Made by a program: the position numbers and the translations under genes. The notes beneath the pieces were generated by a model, which saw nothing but the letters and a program-made list of their open reading frames with translations, did not search any database and had not been told where the DNA came from. Source: a virus. From it: a stretch of 64,000 nt of DNA. Shown here in pieces: positions 52,230-59,631 of this stretch. Numbering within the stretch: position 1 is the first letter of the stretch; every line of letters starts with the position of its first letter. The stretch lies in IMG/VR virus record IMGVR_UViG_3300045988_150172; one strand, 5' to 3'.

Positions 52230-52507
52230 TGAACAGCAACATTACATTGAAATCGTTCAAGTATCAGAACGGCTCTGGGTATATCAAGACGGACTATGTG
52301 CAGGTACTGTTCAAGGGGAAGGAGGTAGGATTCATTGCTCCGGAGGGCATCTTTCTACGCATGTATGATCCGCACTGCAAGGAGGGCATCCTACGACCGA
52401 TAGGCGCACCCAAGGTCAATGACGTGTCCGTGCTGGTAAAGTTCTTCAGGGATCACTTTGATGCCATCAATGATCGTTACATGACTGTCTTTAGAAATGA
52501 AGTCTAA
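52226..52507 (+). CDS. hypothetical protein
   Basis: ORF track. ATGA overlap. Confidence 0.5.
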   Translation: MMNSNITLKSFKYQNGSGYIKTDYVQVLFKGKEVGFIAPEGIFLRMYDPHCKEGILRPIGAPKVNDVSVLVKFFRDHFDAINDRYMTVFRNEV

Positions 52508-52630
52508 ATTTGAAATGTCATATTCTAGACATACCTTTGTTCTGCTTTTTGTACTGCTTCAGGCAGGGATGTATTTTCCTTTTGATTGGTTAGGTTGGTG
52601 TTTTGCTTAATTTCTTTTCAATAAGCAATG

Positions 52631-52667
52631 CGAGGGCTGCACAGGTGTGAAACTTCTGCAGTCCTCG
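52631..52667. terminator. hairpin at convergent gene junction
   Basis: CGAGGGCTGCA pairs with TGCAGTCCTCG (11 bp including one G-T pair), between the last + gene and the first - gene. Confidence 0.5.
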
Positions 52668-52673
52668 TAGCCT

Positions 52674-53129
52674 TTATAGAACATGGAAGTCAAACAGGGT
52701 ATCATCTATATCAATGAACCCATTATCCACAAGAATGGTTAGACAGGTGCTTCTGTCAGTAAACCATACGTCAATCAATGGATACATGCCTGATTCGACG
52801 GCGAACACACCCACCTTTTCCCTACGCAGATGATCCCACACGGGAAGCGTTATCGGCTTGCGAATACGACTTCTAACACCAAATGAACCACCGTCCTTGA
52901 CCAGCGGCTTCGGCTGAATAAGGACGGTTTCAATTCTATGAATGTACTTGCGCTTCAACAGGCAGAATGCAGTTCTACACACTGCCCTGTCCAGTGTAAT
53001 GTAATCAGCTGAGACACGGAACTCCTCTCTAATCCTGTTACGAAAATAGTTCGTGTCCTCCTTGGCCATGTCATCAAAGTCCATTCTAAGGATATTCAGC
53101 AGTCTATTGTCTACGCTATTATTATTCAT
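52674..53129 (-). CDS. hypothetical protein
   Basis: ORF track, minus-strand island. Confidence 0.55.
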   Translation of the reverse strand: MNNNSVDNRLLNILRMDFDDMAKEDTNYFRNRIREEFRVSADYITLDRAVCRTAFCLLKRKYIHRIETVLIQPKPLVKDGGSFGVRSRIRKPITLPVWDHLRREKVGVFAVESGMYPLIDVWFTDRSTCLTILVDNGFIDIDDTLFDFHVL

Positions 53130-53132
53130 GAT

Positions 53133-53333
53133 TCACGTTAATTCTATTGCACCGTCAGCATAAACAATGTGTTTTCCTAGAAGTCTAAAGTCAGCACCAG
53201 TAGGAAGTTCTACGCCATAATCAATGAAATTTTCAGATTCAATCACTTCCTCCCTATAATATTCAAATCCATCACATGTAGGCTTGTCATTGAAAATGAC
53301 AAGCCTGTAATTTTTATTCCTCGCTATCCAGGC
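53133..53333 (-). CDS. hypothetical protein
   Basis: The track ORF runs to 53387. An ATG at 53333 (MAWIARNK) gives the usual short overlap with the upstream small ORF. Confidence 0.4.
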   Translation of the reverse strand, partial: AWIARNKNYRLVIFNDKPTCDGFEYYREEVIESENFIDYGVELPTGADFRLLGKHIVYADGAIELT

Positions 53334-53487
53334 CATATCTTTTAATGAGTTGAATACATTGTTCAGCCTTAACCTTGATTTCATCAAGCACGTCTGAATC
53401 TTTCATTATAAATCCGTATGGAGTTTTTCTGTCAGTAGCCAATCGAACTATATACTCAAACCACTCAATAATGCGATCCTCATTCAT
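53314..53487 (-). CDS. small hypothetical ORF (57 aa)
   Basis: Hand translation gives MNEDRIIEWFEYIVRLATDRKTPYGFIMKDSDVLDEIKVKAEQCIQLIKRYGLDSEE. Confidence 0.3.
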   Translation of the reverse strand: MNEDRIIEWFEYIVRLATDRKTPYGFIMKDSDVLDEIKVKAEQCIQLIKRYGLDSEE

Positions 53488-53514
53488 CTTTTCCTAATCT
53501 TACTGTTGACTGTT

Positions 53515-54030
53515 TCATAAGTCGTAATCATTGGTTATTCTAAAAGACTCCTCACTGGTTATCGGTCGAACATGCTCCCACCCCAGTTCACTGAGAGCCT
53601 CCTGTGTTATAGGGTAGCCCACACTAACATTTCCATCTAGGGTATGGAAGCACCTATGCTCATCATCACGAAACAGCACAATGTCCGGATAGTTCTGTTC
53701 CCAGAATATCGGGTCAGAGAATGCAACCATCACGTCCTGCCATTCAGCTTCCAGCCCCTGCTGTAATTCAACATCCTTTGTGGCATTCAGCAGTGACTGA
53801 AATTCGCCTGCTGTTAGCCGTTCTGGAGATGCTTGTAGGGTAGTGGACTGCTGACTGTCCAAAAGTCGCTGTAATTCGGCATTCTTGGTCGTCAGCTCAT
53901 CTATCAGGGTGCTGGCGTTATCAAGTTCCTTCTGCAGATCCTTAACTTCACGCTCCTTGAAGTAAAGCTTTCTCTCAAGACGATCATTTTCCGCCTTGAG
54001 AGACTGTATATTCTGTTCCACCATATTCAT
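53515..54030 (-). CDS. hypothetical coiled-coil protein
   Basis: ORF track. Confidence 0.55.
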   Translation of the reverse strand: MNMVEQNIQSLKAENDRLERKLYFKEREVKDLQKELDNASTLIDELTTKNAELQRLLDSQQSTTLQASPERLTAGEFQSLLNATKDVELQQGLEAEWQDVMVAFSDPIFWEQNYPDIVLFRDDEHRCFHTLDGNVSVGYPITQEALSELGWEHVRPITSEESFRITNDYDL

Positions 54031-54039
54031 ATCATATCA

Positions 54040-54597
54040 TCATTTTAGGGCATAGTCCACATAGGATTCATACACTCTGTAGTAATACCCGATGTACTGT
54101 GACCATCGCTTTTCGATCACAATTTCCAGTATGTATGTCGTGGATGAACTATCTTTCATTTGAAATGCAAGACTAAAGGAATCACTACGATCATCCTCAC
54201 TGCATACAGCCTGTTCTATATTAACGTTTTTATCGTAATAGGGTCGTAGAAAGGAATTGACGTATATTCTACTCTTGAAGTCCTGTAACGCATCATTAAA
54301 GTTCATAATGTGGTCATTGATGGCCAGTATCTTACGATAGATGATACGGCTGTAAATGTTATATATGAGGTAGGTTTTATCTATAATCTGATTATTTTCT
54401 ACAGTAGTGACAAGCACCTGATCTATACGTTGAAACATGTCAACATTGTATTTGTACCAGTCGGAGGTTCGTTTCCATGAAGTATAGACGCTGTCTATGT
54501 TTTCACCGACATTCTGGTATTCAAAGAAGCTCTTTTGAGCAAATGCAGCGGACACTCCTAGAATGACTGCTGTGATGACTGCAATAAATTTTTTCAT
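54040..54597 (-). CDS. secreted protein (signal peptide)
   Basis: MKKFIAVITAVILGVSAAFAQ is a typical signal peptide. Confidence 0.6.
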   Translation of the reverse strand: MKKFIAVITAVILGVSAAFAQKSFFEYQNVGENIDSVYTSWKRTSDWYKYNVDMFQRIDQVLVTTVENNQIIDKTYLIYNIYSRIIYRKILAINDHIMNFNDALQDFKSRIYVNSFLRPYYDKNVNIEQAVCSEDDRSDSFSLAFQMKDSSSTTYILEIVIEKRWSQYIGYYYRVYESYVDYALK

Positions 54598-54611
54598 AAT
54601 ACGAAATTATT

Positions 54612-54896
54612 TTAATAAACATATATTCTATCCATGTCAGCATTCTTCATGATGCCCAGAATGATCTGAAGATCAACAGGACGCATCTCTTCAGGTGTAA
54701 ACTGGTTTCCCACTACATCCATCAGGAATATTTGACCGTTCTTCTTGCGAACCACTGACGCTATGTCAAAGAGGTGGCCTGCATATTCAGGATCAGTACA
54801 CTCACAGCCTAGAGTTACAGCAAACGGAAGAACCAGACCACGACCAAGAATGGACTTAACGAAGGACTTGAAGTGAGAAGCAGAGAAACGTGCCAT
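54612..54896 (-). CDS. hypothetical protein
   Basis: The track ORF runs to 54953. The first ATG downstream of the minus-strand cassette is at 54896 (MARFSASH). Confidence 0.5.
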   Translation of the reverse strand: MARFSASHFKSFVKSILGRGLVLPFAVTLGCECTDPEYAGHLFDIASVVRKKNGQIFLMDVVGNQFTPEEMRPVDLQIILGIMKNADMDRIYVY

Positions 54897-54950
54897 AATG
54901 CAAACAAAATAAAAACCAAACAAACAAAGGCAACCAACCTGATTGCAGAA

Positions 54951-54997
54951 CAAAGGTAGTTATCTTTCTTGAATATCCAAGGAGTTTATCAGGAATT
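54951..54997 (-). promoter_or_regulatory. promoter cassette on minus strand
   Basis: The reverse complement reads ATTCCTGATAAACTCCTTGGATATTCAAGAAAGATAACTACCTTTG. It shares 23 nt with the + cassette at 10461-10484. Confidence 0.6.
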
Positions 54998-55022
54998 CTT
55001 CAAAACTTTTTAATTAAGCAGC

Positions 55023-55151
55023 ACACCTCGATTTGGGGGTTTTATGCCCCGATTTGAGGGGTTTTACTAAATCGATTTTTACCCTTTTACTGAGAATACA
55101 AACATTATAAAATTGAGCCTTTTCTTCACACCTCGATTTGGGGGGTTTTAT
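55023..55151. repeat. CGATTT..GGTTTTA repeat family flanking the rep 3' end
   Basis: ACACCTCGATTTGGGGGTTTTAT (55023-55045) and ACACCTCGATTTGGGGGGTTTTAT (55128-55151). Degenerate copies at 55048-55067 and 55071-55090. Confidence 0.7.
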
Positions 55152-55938
55152 CCTGCACCTGTTTGAAAATCTCAAATTGAATGTGTGTAACAGGCTTTCT
55201 ACCCCGAATTATAGGACGACCAGGAACTTCCTTATAAAGTGGTGCAAACGTAAAATTTAATACTGTTTGACAATCCATAAATGCTAATCTAGAAGCATCC
55301 AACCGTTGCCGTTTTATAACATCCCAAGATTCATCTGTATTTATATGTAACAATTCTCTTAACTTTTCTATAGAAATTACAATTTGTCCTTGCTGTTTAC
55401 TTAAAGAATAGTATTTACTGATAAATTCATACACATCCATAGTTGTTGTAGAATTCAACTTACATACGGATGGGATATGAACATTACGATAATTGTCTTT
55501 AATCACTTCTAAAAAGAATCTAACGGATTCAAGACCCATAACAATTTCATTCTTAGTTCCATCCACTTCATCCCATATAATTTTAATAAATGGGAAAAAT
55601 ATGCGACCACGAGTTTTAGAACTTCCTTTTTCAAGAAAATAAGCATTTTTAGCCAAGGATAATAAAGCCTTTTTATAGGAAGTTCTAATTTTATTACGCA
55701 CACTTAATAGGCGGATGTTTACCTTACAGTGAAAATAACAATAGGAATCCAAATCAAGTTCCCTTTTTAGGAATTTAATATAGGTTTCCCAGTTTTCATC
55801 AAGTTTGGTAAAGTCTATTTTACCCCAAAACGGCTGTAACTGTTGAGCGACAAGATACAAGCATTTTCGTTGAGCAACGTTCCATTCTGAAAGATCCACT
55901 TCCATAGGAAATCTTACTGTTTCTATCATAATTTTCAT
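55126..55938 (-). CDS. Rep_3-like iteron-binding replication initiator
   Basis: The layout YKKALLSLAKNAYFLE / NEIVMGLESVRFFLEV / TTTMDVYEFISKYY...GQIVISIEKLRELLHI / RGRKPVTHIQFEI resembles two winged-helix plasmid initiators. Iterons lie directly upstream. The start is set at the ATG at 55938, after the -7 box. Confidence 0.65.
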   Translation of the reverse strand: MKIMIETVRFPMEVDLSEWNVAQRKCLYLVAQQLQPFWGKIDFTKLDENWETYIKFLKRELDLDSYCYFHCKVNIRLLSVRNKIRTSYKKALLSLAKNAYFLEKGSSKTRGRIFFPFIKIIWDEVDGTKNEIVMGLESVRFFLEVIKDNYRNVHIPSVCKLNSTTTMDVYEFISKYYSLSKQQGQIVISIEKLRELLHINTDESWDVIKRQRLDASRLAFMDCQTVLNFTFAPLYKEVPGRPIIRGRKPVTHIQFEIFKQVQDKTPQIEV

Positions 55939-55949
55939 TTTATTTGCGG

Positions 55950-55957
55950 CAAATATA
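55950..55957 (-). promoter_or_regulatory. -7 box TATATTTG for rep
   Basis: The minus strand reads TATATTTGCCGCAAATAAAATGAAAATTATG. Confidence 0.45.
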
Positions 55958-56008
55958 AATGTTTTATAGGTAAATAACAAATTTATCATTTTACACTTGG
56001 CAATTAGA

Positions 56009-56160
56009 AGTATAGGTTTTTGTGCAGAAAGTTATAGGTTTTTGTGCAGAAAGTTATAGGTTTTTGTGCAGAAAGTTATAGGTTTTTGTGCAGAAAGTTA
56101 TAGGTTTTTGTGCAGAAAGTTATAGGTTTTTGTGCAGAAAGTTATAGGTTTTTGTTTTAC
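56009..56160. repeat. iteron array: seven 22-bp-phased direct repeats
   Basis: The core TATAGGTTTTTGT begins at 56012, 56034, 56056, 56078, 56100, 56122 and 56144. There are six contiguous copies of GTGCAGAAAGTTATAGGTTTTT. Confidence 0.95.
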
Positions 56161-56202
56161 ACAACTTACTGTGCCACAGGACATTATCGGGGTTTCGCGG
56201 AT

Positions 56203-56300
56203 GGGGTTATAGTATAGGGTTATAGCTTTGAATGGTTATATTTGATAGTATTACTCCTAAAGTCGTAATACATATCATAACCATTCTTTTGGTTATAGTT
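56203..56300. repeat. GGTTATAG half-site repeats in A/T-rich DNA
   Basis: GGTTATAG/GGTTATAT occurs four times and shares GTTATAG with the iteron. Confidence 0.5.
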
Positions 56301-56355
56301 TGAAGGGAAATATAGAAAAGGGAACCAAAACGCCACATCTGAAATAGAGGGCTTC

Positions 56356-56403
56356 GAAAGGGAGACTCCTCCCTATGGTCGGAGGTCTTGTCTTCTCCCT
56401 TTC
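56356..56403 (+). other. 10-bp long-range stem enclosing an inner hairpin
   Basis: GAAAGGGAGA (56356-56365) pairs with TCTCCCTTTC (56394-56403). An inner CTCC...GGAG hairpin lies between them. Confidence 0.5.
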
Positions 56404-56416
56404 TACCGCCCAGCAG

Positions 56417-56441
56417 AGGGTCGACGGAGCGACCCTATTTT
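56417..56441 (+). terminator. orphan terminator-like hairpin
   Basis: AGGGTCG-acggag-CGACCCT followed by ATTTTC. No upstream + strand ORF. Confidence 0.45.
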
Positions 56442-56514
56442 CATATAGGAGATTTCTTTATGAAAGACGTTATATAATCAGCATTTGAAAGATTTTCAGA
56501 TTAATACCAAGATC

Positions 56515-56608
56515 AGGTATATAGCATAATGGGAGTGCGCTTATGATCTTACTCAGATTTTTAGGGTAATATTAGAAAGAGGTGGTGGTTCGAATCCACC
56601 TATACCAC
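56515..56608 (+). ncRNA. tRNA-like element (good acceptor, D-arm and T-arm; aberrant middle)
   Basis: AGGTATA/TATACCA acceptor (6 bp plus an A-A mismatch), U8, D-arm GCAT-AATGGGA-GTGC, T-arm GGTGG-TTCGAAT-CCACC. There are 44 nt between position 26 and the T-arm, and no canonical anticodon stem-loop. Confidence 0.35.
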
Positions 56609-56850
56609 TAATTTCGGCCTTGTGCCTGTATGTATATTTTGAGTTTGATTTTGTGATTAGGTGATTTTGTCGGTTTTTAAGCGATTTTAGAAAGTTTTTA
56701 TATTTTGCTTGGTAAGTTTGTCGGTTTATACTGGATTATCGCTATAATAGCGTCTTTTGGCTTTTTGTATTTTTGAACTTTTACGAAAAATTGAGATTGT
56801 GAAGTTTTTATTTTAGATGCTAGAGTTTTTCTTTTTCGTGTCATTGTGAT

Positions 56851-56890
56851 TCCACTGTCTGAGAAGTAAGTTTCTCCACAGTGGATTTTT
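56851..56890 (+). terminator. rho-independent terminator with no upstream ORF
   Basis: TCCACTGT-loop-ACAGTGGA followed by TTTTT. Confidence 0.6.
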
Positions 56891-56908
56891 ATGAAAATTG
56901 CCAGTATA

Positions 56909-56941
56909 TCCTTGAATATTCCAGAAAAGTGATTACCTTTG
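56909..56941 (+). promoter_or_regulatory. promoter cassette
   Basis: TCCTTGAATATTCCAGAAAA, then TACCTTTG (56934-56941). A second TATATTTG lies at 56991-56998. ATG at 57026. Confidence 0.5.
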
Positions 56942-57025
56942 TGTTCCAAGAAAGTAGAACAATGACTCCCTATATTAGGGTTTAATTGCCTATATTTGTA
57001 TCATGAAAATTTTAATTTTTAAGAT

Positions 57026-59557
57026 ATGATGAAAAAGAAATTGGTTCCAGTTGAAAAGTTCATGGAAGTAGCTCTAGCCAATGGCTATGAAGTATTTGAT
57101 GAGGCACAGGTTGCCGCTTATGCCAAGGACTTTATGATAAAATCTCAGGCAGGTGAAGTTCTGCAGGAGGATAAGGATGAATTTGCCGTAGAGATGGCAG
57201 GTCTTCAAAAGGCCATCTGTGCCAATGAGGACGGTAGCCAGTGTACCCTCTATTATCGTAAGCCGCTTGTTGACTGGAAAGTTGACAGCAATGGTCTTGT
57301 GATGAAAGGTATTGCAGGAACATATACTGATACACCTGAAAACAGAAAATTGAATCGTGTTGGTCAGGCTTATGCGGCAAATCCTGATGTAATCAAGGCA
57401 ATCTATGGCGATATTGAAAAGAGTGTAAAGGAAGATGAAGCTGTTGTTGATGCTGAACTGTCTAAACAGGCTGATTCCATTAAGAAGTCCTGTCTGATTG
57501 TTACTGCTGATGCGGATAGAAGACTTGCGCTTGGTGAGATTGATGAAGCGCTCTGTAAGTCGGTTAAGGATGACATTAACTTGTATCTAACGTCTTGGGG
57601 TGATACGCTTGATGAATGCTGTGACGTTGTAAAGTCTGAGGACTTGGCTGACGTGCGTGAGGACTTGGCTGACGCTACCGCTGCATTTGCGGACATTGTT
57701 AAAGCAGCACACGGTCGCTATGCTGACAATGCCAAGAACAGGCGTCTGCATCGTGTAGGTCAGGAATACGGTAAGGCGGCTCAGGAGGAGGACAAAGGTG
57801 GGAAGAAACAGGGTGCGGCTGACGGTGAGTCAGGTGAAAAACCGTCCCGCAACGGTGACTCCGTGAAGCGTGATATTTCCATTCTCGAAGAGAACAAGGA
57901 CAGGATTGTTGAAAAGTACGGCCAGGAAGCCTATGACAAGAAGATTGAAGCCCTGAAGAAGGAGGGTGAGGACTTTGAGCAGAAGGAGACAGTGAAACAG
58001 CTTAAGGAGCGTGCTGACAAGCAGGATGCCGAGGAGGAGGAGCGTAAAAAGGCTGAAAAGAGAGCCAAGCGACAGGAAAGACGTAGAGCGCGTCATGCAG
58101 CCAAGAGGGAAGCAGCTAAAAAGGCCAAGGAGGAAGCCGAGCAGAAGGAGAAACAGGAGTCTGAAAAGAAGAAAGAGCAGCCGAAGCAGGAATCGAAGGA
58201 AGATGGTATTAAGTTGACTCCTAAAGGTATTAAGGACTATGTTGCCAAGAATAGTGCTACTGCTGATGATCGTATGAAAGCAATGGCTGAAGCTTATAAG
58301 GCACTTAAAGATAGCGGTAAGAGCAAGAAAGTTGACACTTTTGTTAAGGAAGTGTCAAGTGGAAGTCCAAAGGTGGATATGACTACACGTAAGTATCTGG
58401 AAGCTTCTATGGATGGAGCTACACACGAGGAAGCCAAGGAATTTGCTCAGAAGACGTTTGAAGCTCTTGATCATGATATTGAAGTGGCTCAGGCAGCTAG
58501 GGAGGGTGGACACCCTCAAGGTATGACGGATTATATGTTGAAAAAGGCTTATGACGTTTTTAATAAAGCGAAGTTTACAAAGAATGAATCACAGGCAGCT
58601 ACATCTGAAGAGGACACCAAGAAGAAAGTTCGTGCCTTTATAAAGAATGGGCTTGATGGTGCTGTTGATAGAGCGATGAAAGGGTTTGTAGATGATTTTT
58701 ATGGTGGTAATGGTGAACATTTGAATGTTTCTGATTATGTTAATAGTGGAGATTTTCAAGAATATTTGAGAGAAGAACTTCCTGACGGTATAATGATTTC
58801 TGATCTAAAGGAAGCTGTTTCATCAGCTGTTAAGGGTGGGATTCAGCGAATGAAGGATGCAGTGTCTAAGGAAGAGGATAAACTTAAAGCAGAGGAAGAG
58901 AAATTAAAGGCTTCAAAGATTGACGAAGCTAAAAAGGCTGGTGCATCTCCCGAGGAAGCAAAAGCCTTTGCTGATAAACTTTATGCTGATACCATAGCGC
59001 GTGCAGAGAGGGAATACAAACGTGACCTAGAGGATGGTAAATTGCCTTATGGAGCGGAGGATTATCAGAAGAAGTACGCTCGAGAAGCCTTTGATAATGC
59101 AAAATTTGAAAAGGGTAAAAAAGACCATGGGTATATGGATAAAGATGATATTGAGCACGTCATGGGTAATGCTGATGTTGTGTATGCTGATATAGATGAA
59201 TTACTCAACACTATTAAGGAACATGGTATTTCTTCAATTCCAGATAAAATGCGTCAAGGTGCAATATCCACTGAATTTAGCGGTGATGCTTTTGATCATG
59301 AAGCATCTGTCCTTATTCCAGGAATGTATAATCGTGTTGGAATGCAGAATGCTTCAAAGGGTAAACAGCCTGAAAAGTTTTATTCATTGAATCTTAAATT
59401 GAAGAATGGTAGAACTTTGCGTGATTTTAATATGGGAAGAGTTACACGTGATGATATAGAAAGTGCTCATTTGCAGGTTAATTACCCCAAGGATAACACA
59501 TATACGATAGAACGTGAAAAGATAAAACTTGACAAAGTTCCTGTTAATGTGTTGTAG
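57026..59557 (+). CDS. large Lys/Glu-rich protein with two internal NRRL motifs (virion/ejection protein candidate)
   Basis: GTYTDTPENRKLNRVGQAYA and GRYADNAKNRRLHRVGQEYG. The C-terminal ~70 aa are similar to the end of the next ORF. Confidence 0.75.
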   Translation: MMKKKLVPVEKFMEVALANGYEVFDEAQVAAYAKDFMIKSQAGEVLQEDKDEFAVEMAGLQKAICANEDGSQCTLYYRKPLVDWKVDSNGLVMKGIAGTYTDTPENRKLNRVGQAYAANPDVIKAIYGDIEKSVKEDEAVVDAELSKQADSIKKSCLIVTADADRRLALGEIDEALCKSVKDDINLYLTSWGDTLDECCDVVKSEDLADVREDLADATAAFADIVKAAHGRYADNAKNRRLHRVGQEYGKAAQEEDKGGKKQGAADGESGEKPSRNGDSVKRDISILEENKDRIVEKYGQEAYDKKIEALKKEGEDFEQKETVKQLKERADKQDAEEEERKKAEKRAKRQERRRARHAAKREAAKKAKEEAEQKEKQESEKKKEQPKQESKEDGIKLTPKGIKDYVAKNSATADDRMKAMAEAYKALKDSGKSKKVDTFVKEVSSGSPKVDMTTRKYLEASMDGATHEEAKEFAQKTFEALDHDIEVAQAAREGGHPQGMTDYMLKKAYDVFNKAKFTKNESQAATSEEDTKKKVRAFIKNGLDGAVDRAMKGFVDDFYGGNGEHLNVSDYVNSGDFQEYLREELPDGIMISDLKEAVSSAVKGGIQRMKDAVSKEEDKLKAEEEKLKASKIDEAKKAGASPEEAKAFADKLYADTIARAEREYKRDLEDGKLPYGAEDYQKKYAREAFDNAKFEKGKKDHGYMDKDDIEHVMGNADVVYADIDELLNTIKEHGISSIPDKMRQGAISTEFSGDAFDHEASVLIPGMYNRVGMQNASKGKQPEKFYSLNLKLKNGRTLRDFNMGRVTRDDIESAHLQVNYPKDNTYTIEREKIKLDKVPVNVL

Positions 59558-59575
59558 TGTGAAATTTTATAGACA

Positions 59576-59611
59576 ACTCCTTGGATTTTTCTGAGGGGGT
59601 TGTTATATTTG
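59576..59611 (+). promoter_or_regulatory. promoter cassette
   Basis: AACTCCTTGGATTTTTCTGA, then TATATTTG (59604-59611). ATG at 59632. Confidence 0.5.
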
Positions 59612-59631
59612 CATTTATAAAATGAAATGAT

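Noticed and set aside
56009-56160. The 22-bp repeat array as a CRISPR array.
   Set aside because: The repeats are contiguous with no spacers, there are no cas genes, and the array abuts an initiator-like gene. This fits iterons, not CRISPR.
56515-56608. A functional tRNA or tmRNA gene.
   Set aside because: No 5-bp anticodon stem with a 7-nt loop could be drawn, the middle region is about 20 nt too long, and 94 nt is far too short for tmRNA. It is kept only as a tRNA-like element.
56698-56949. 83-aa minus-strand ORF in the ORF-poor region.
   Set aside because: Its N-terminal third overlaps the + strand promoter cassette and terminator. Only a 48-aa basic remnant (from the ATG at 56844) would be free-standing, which is too weak to call.
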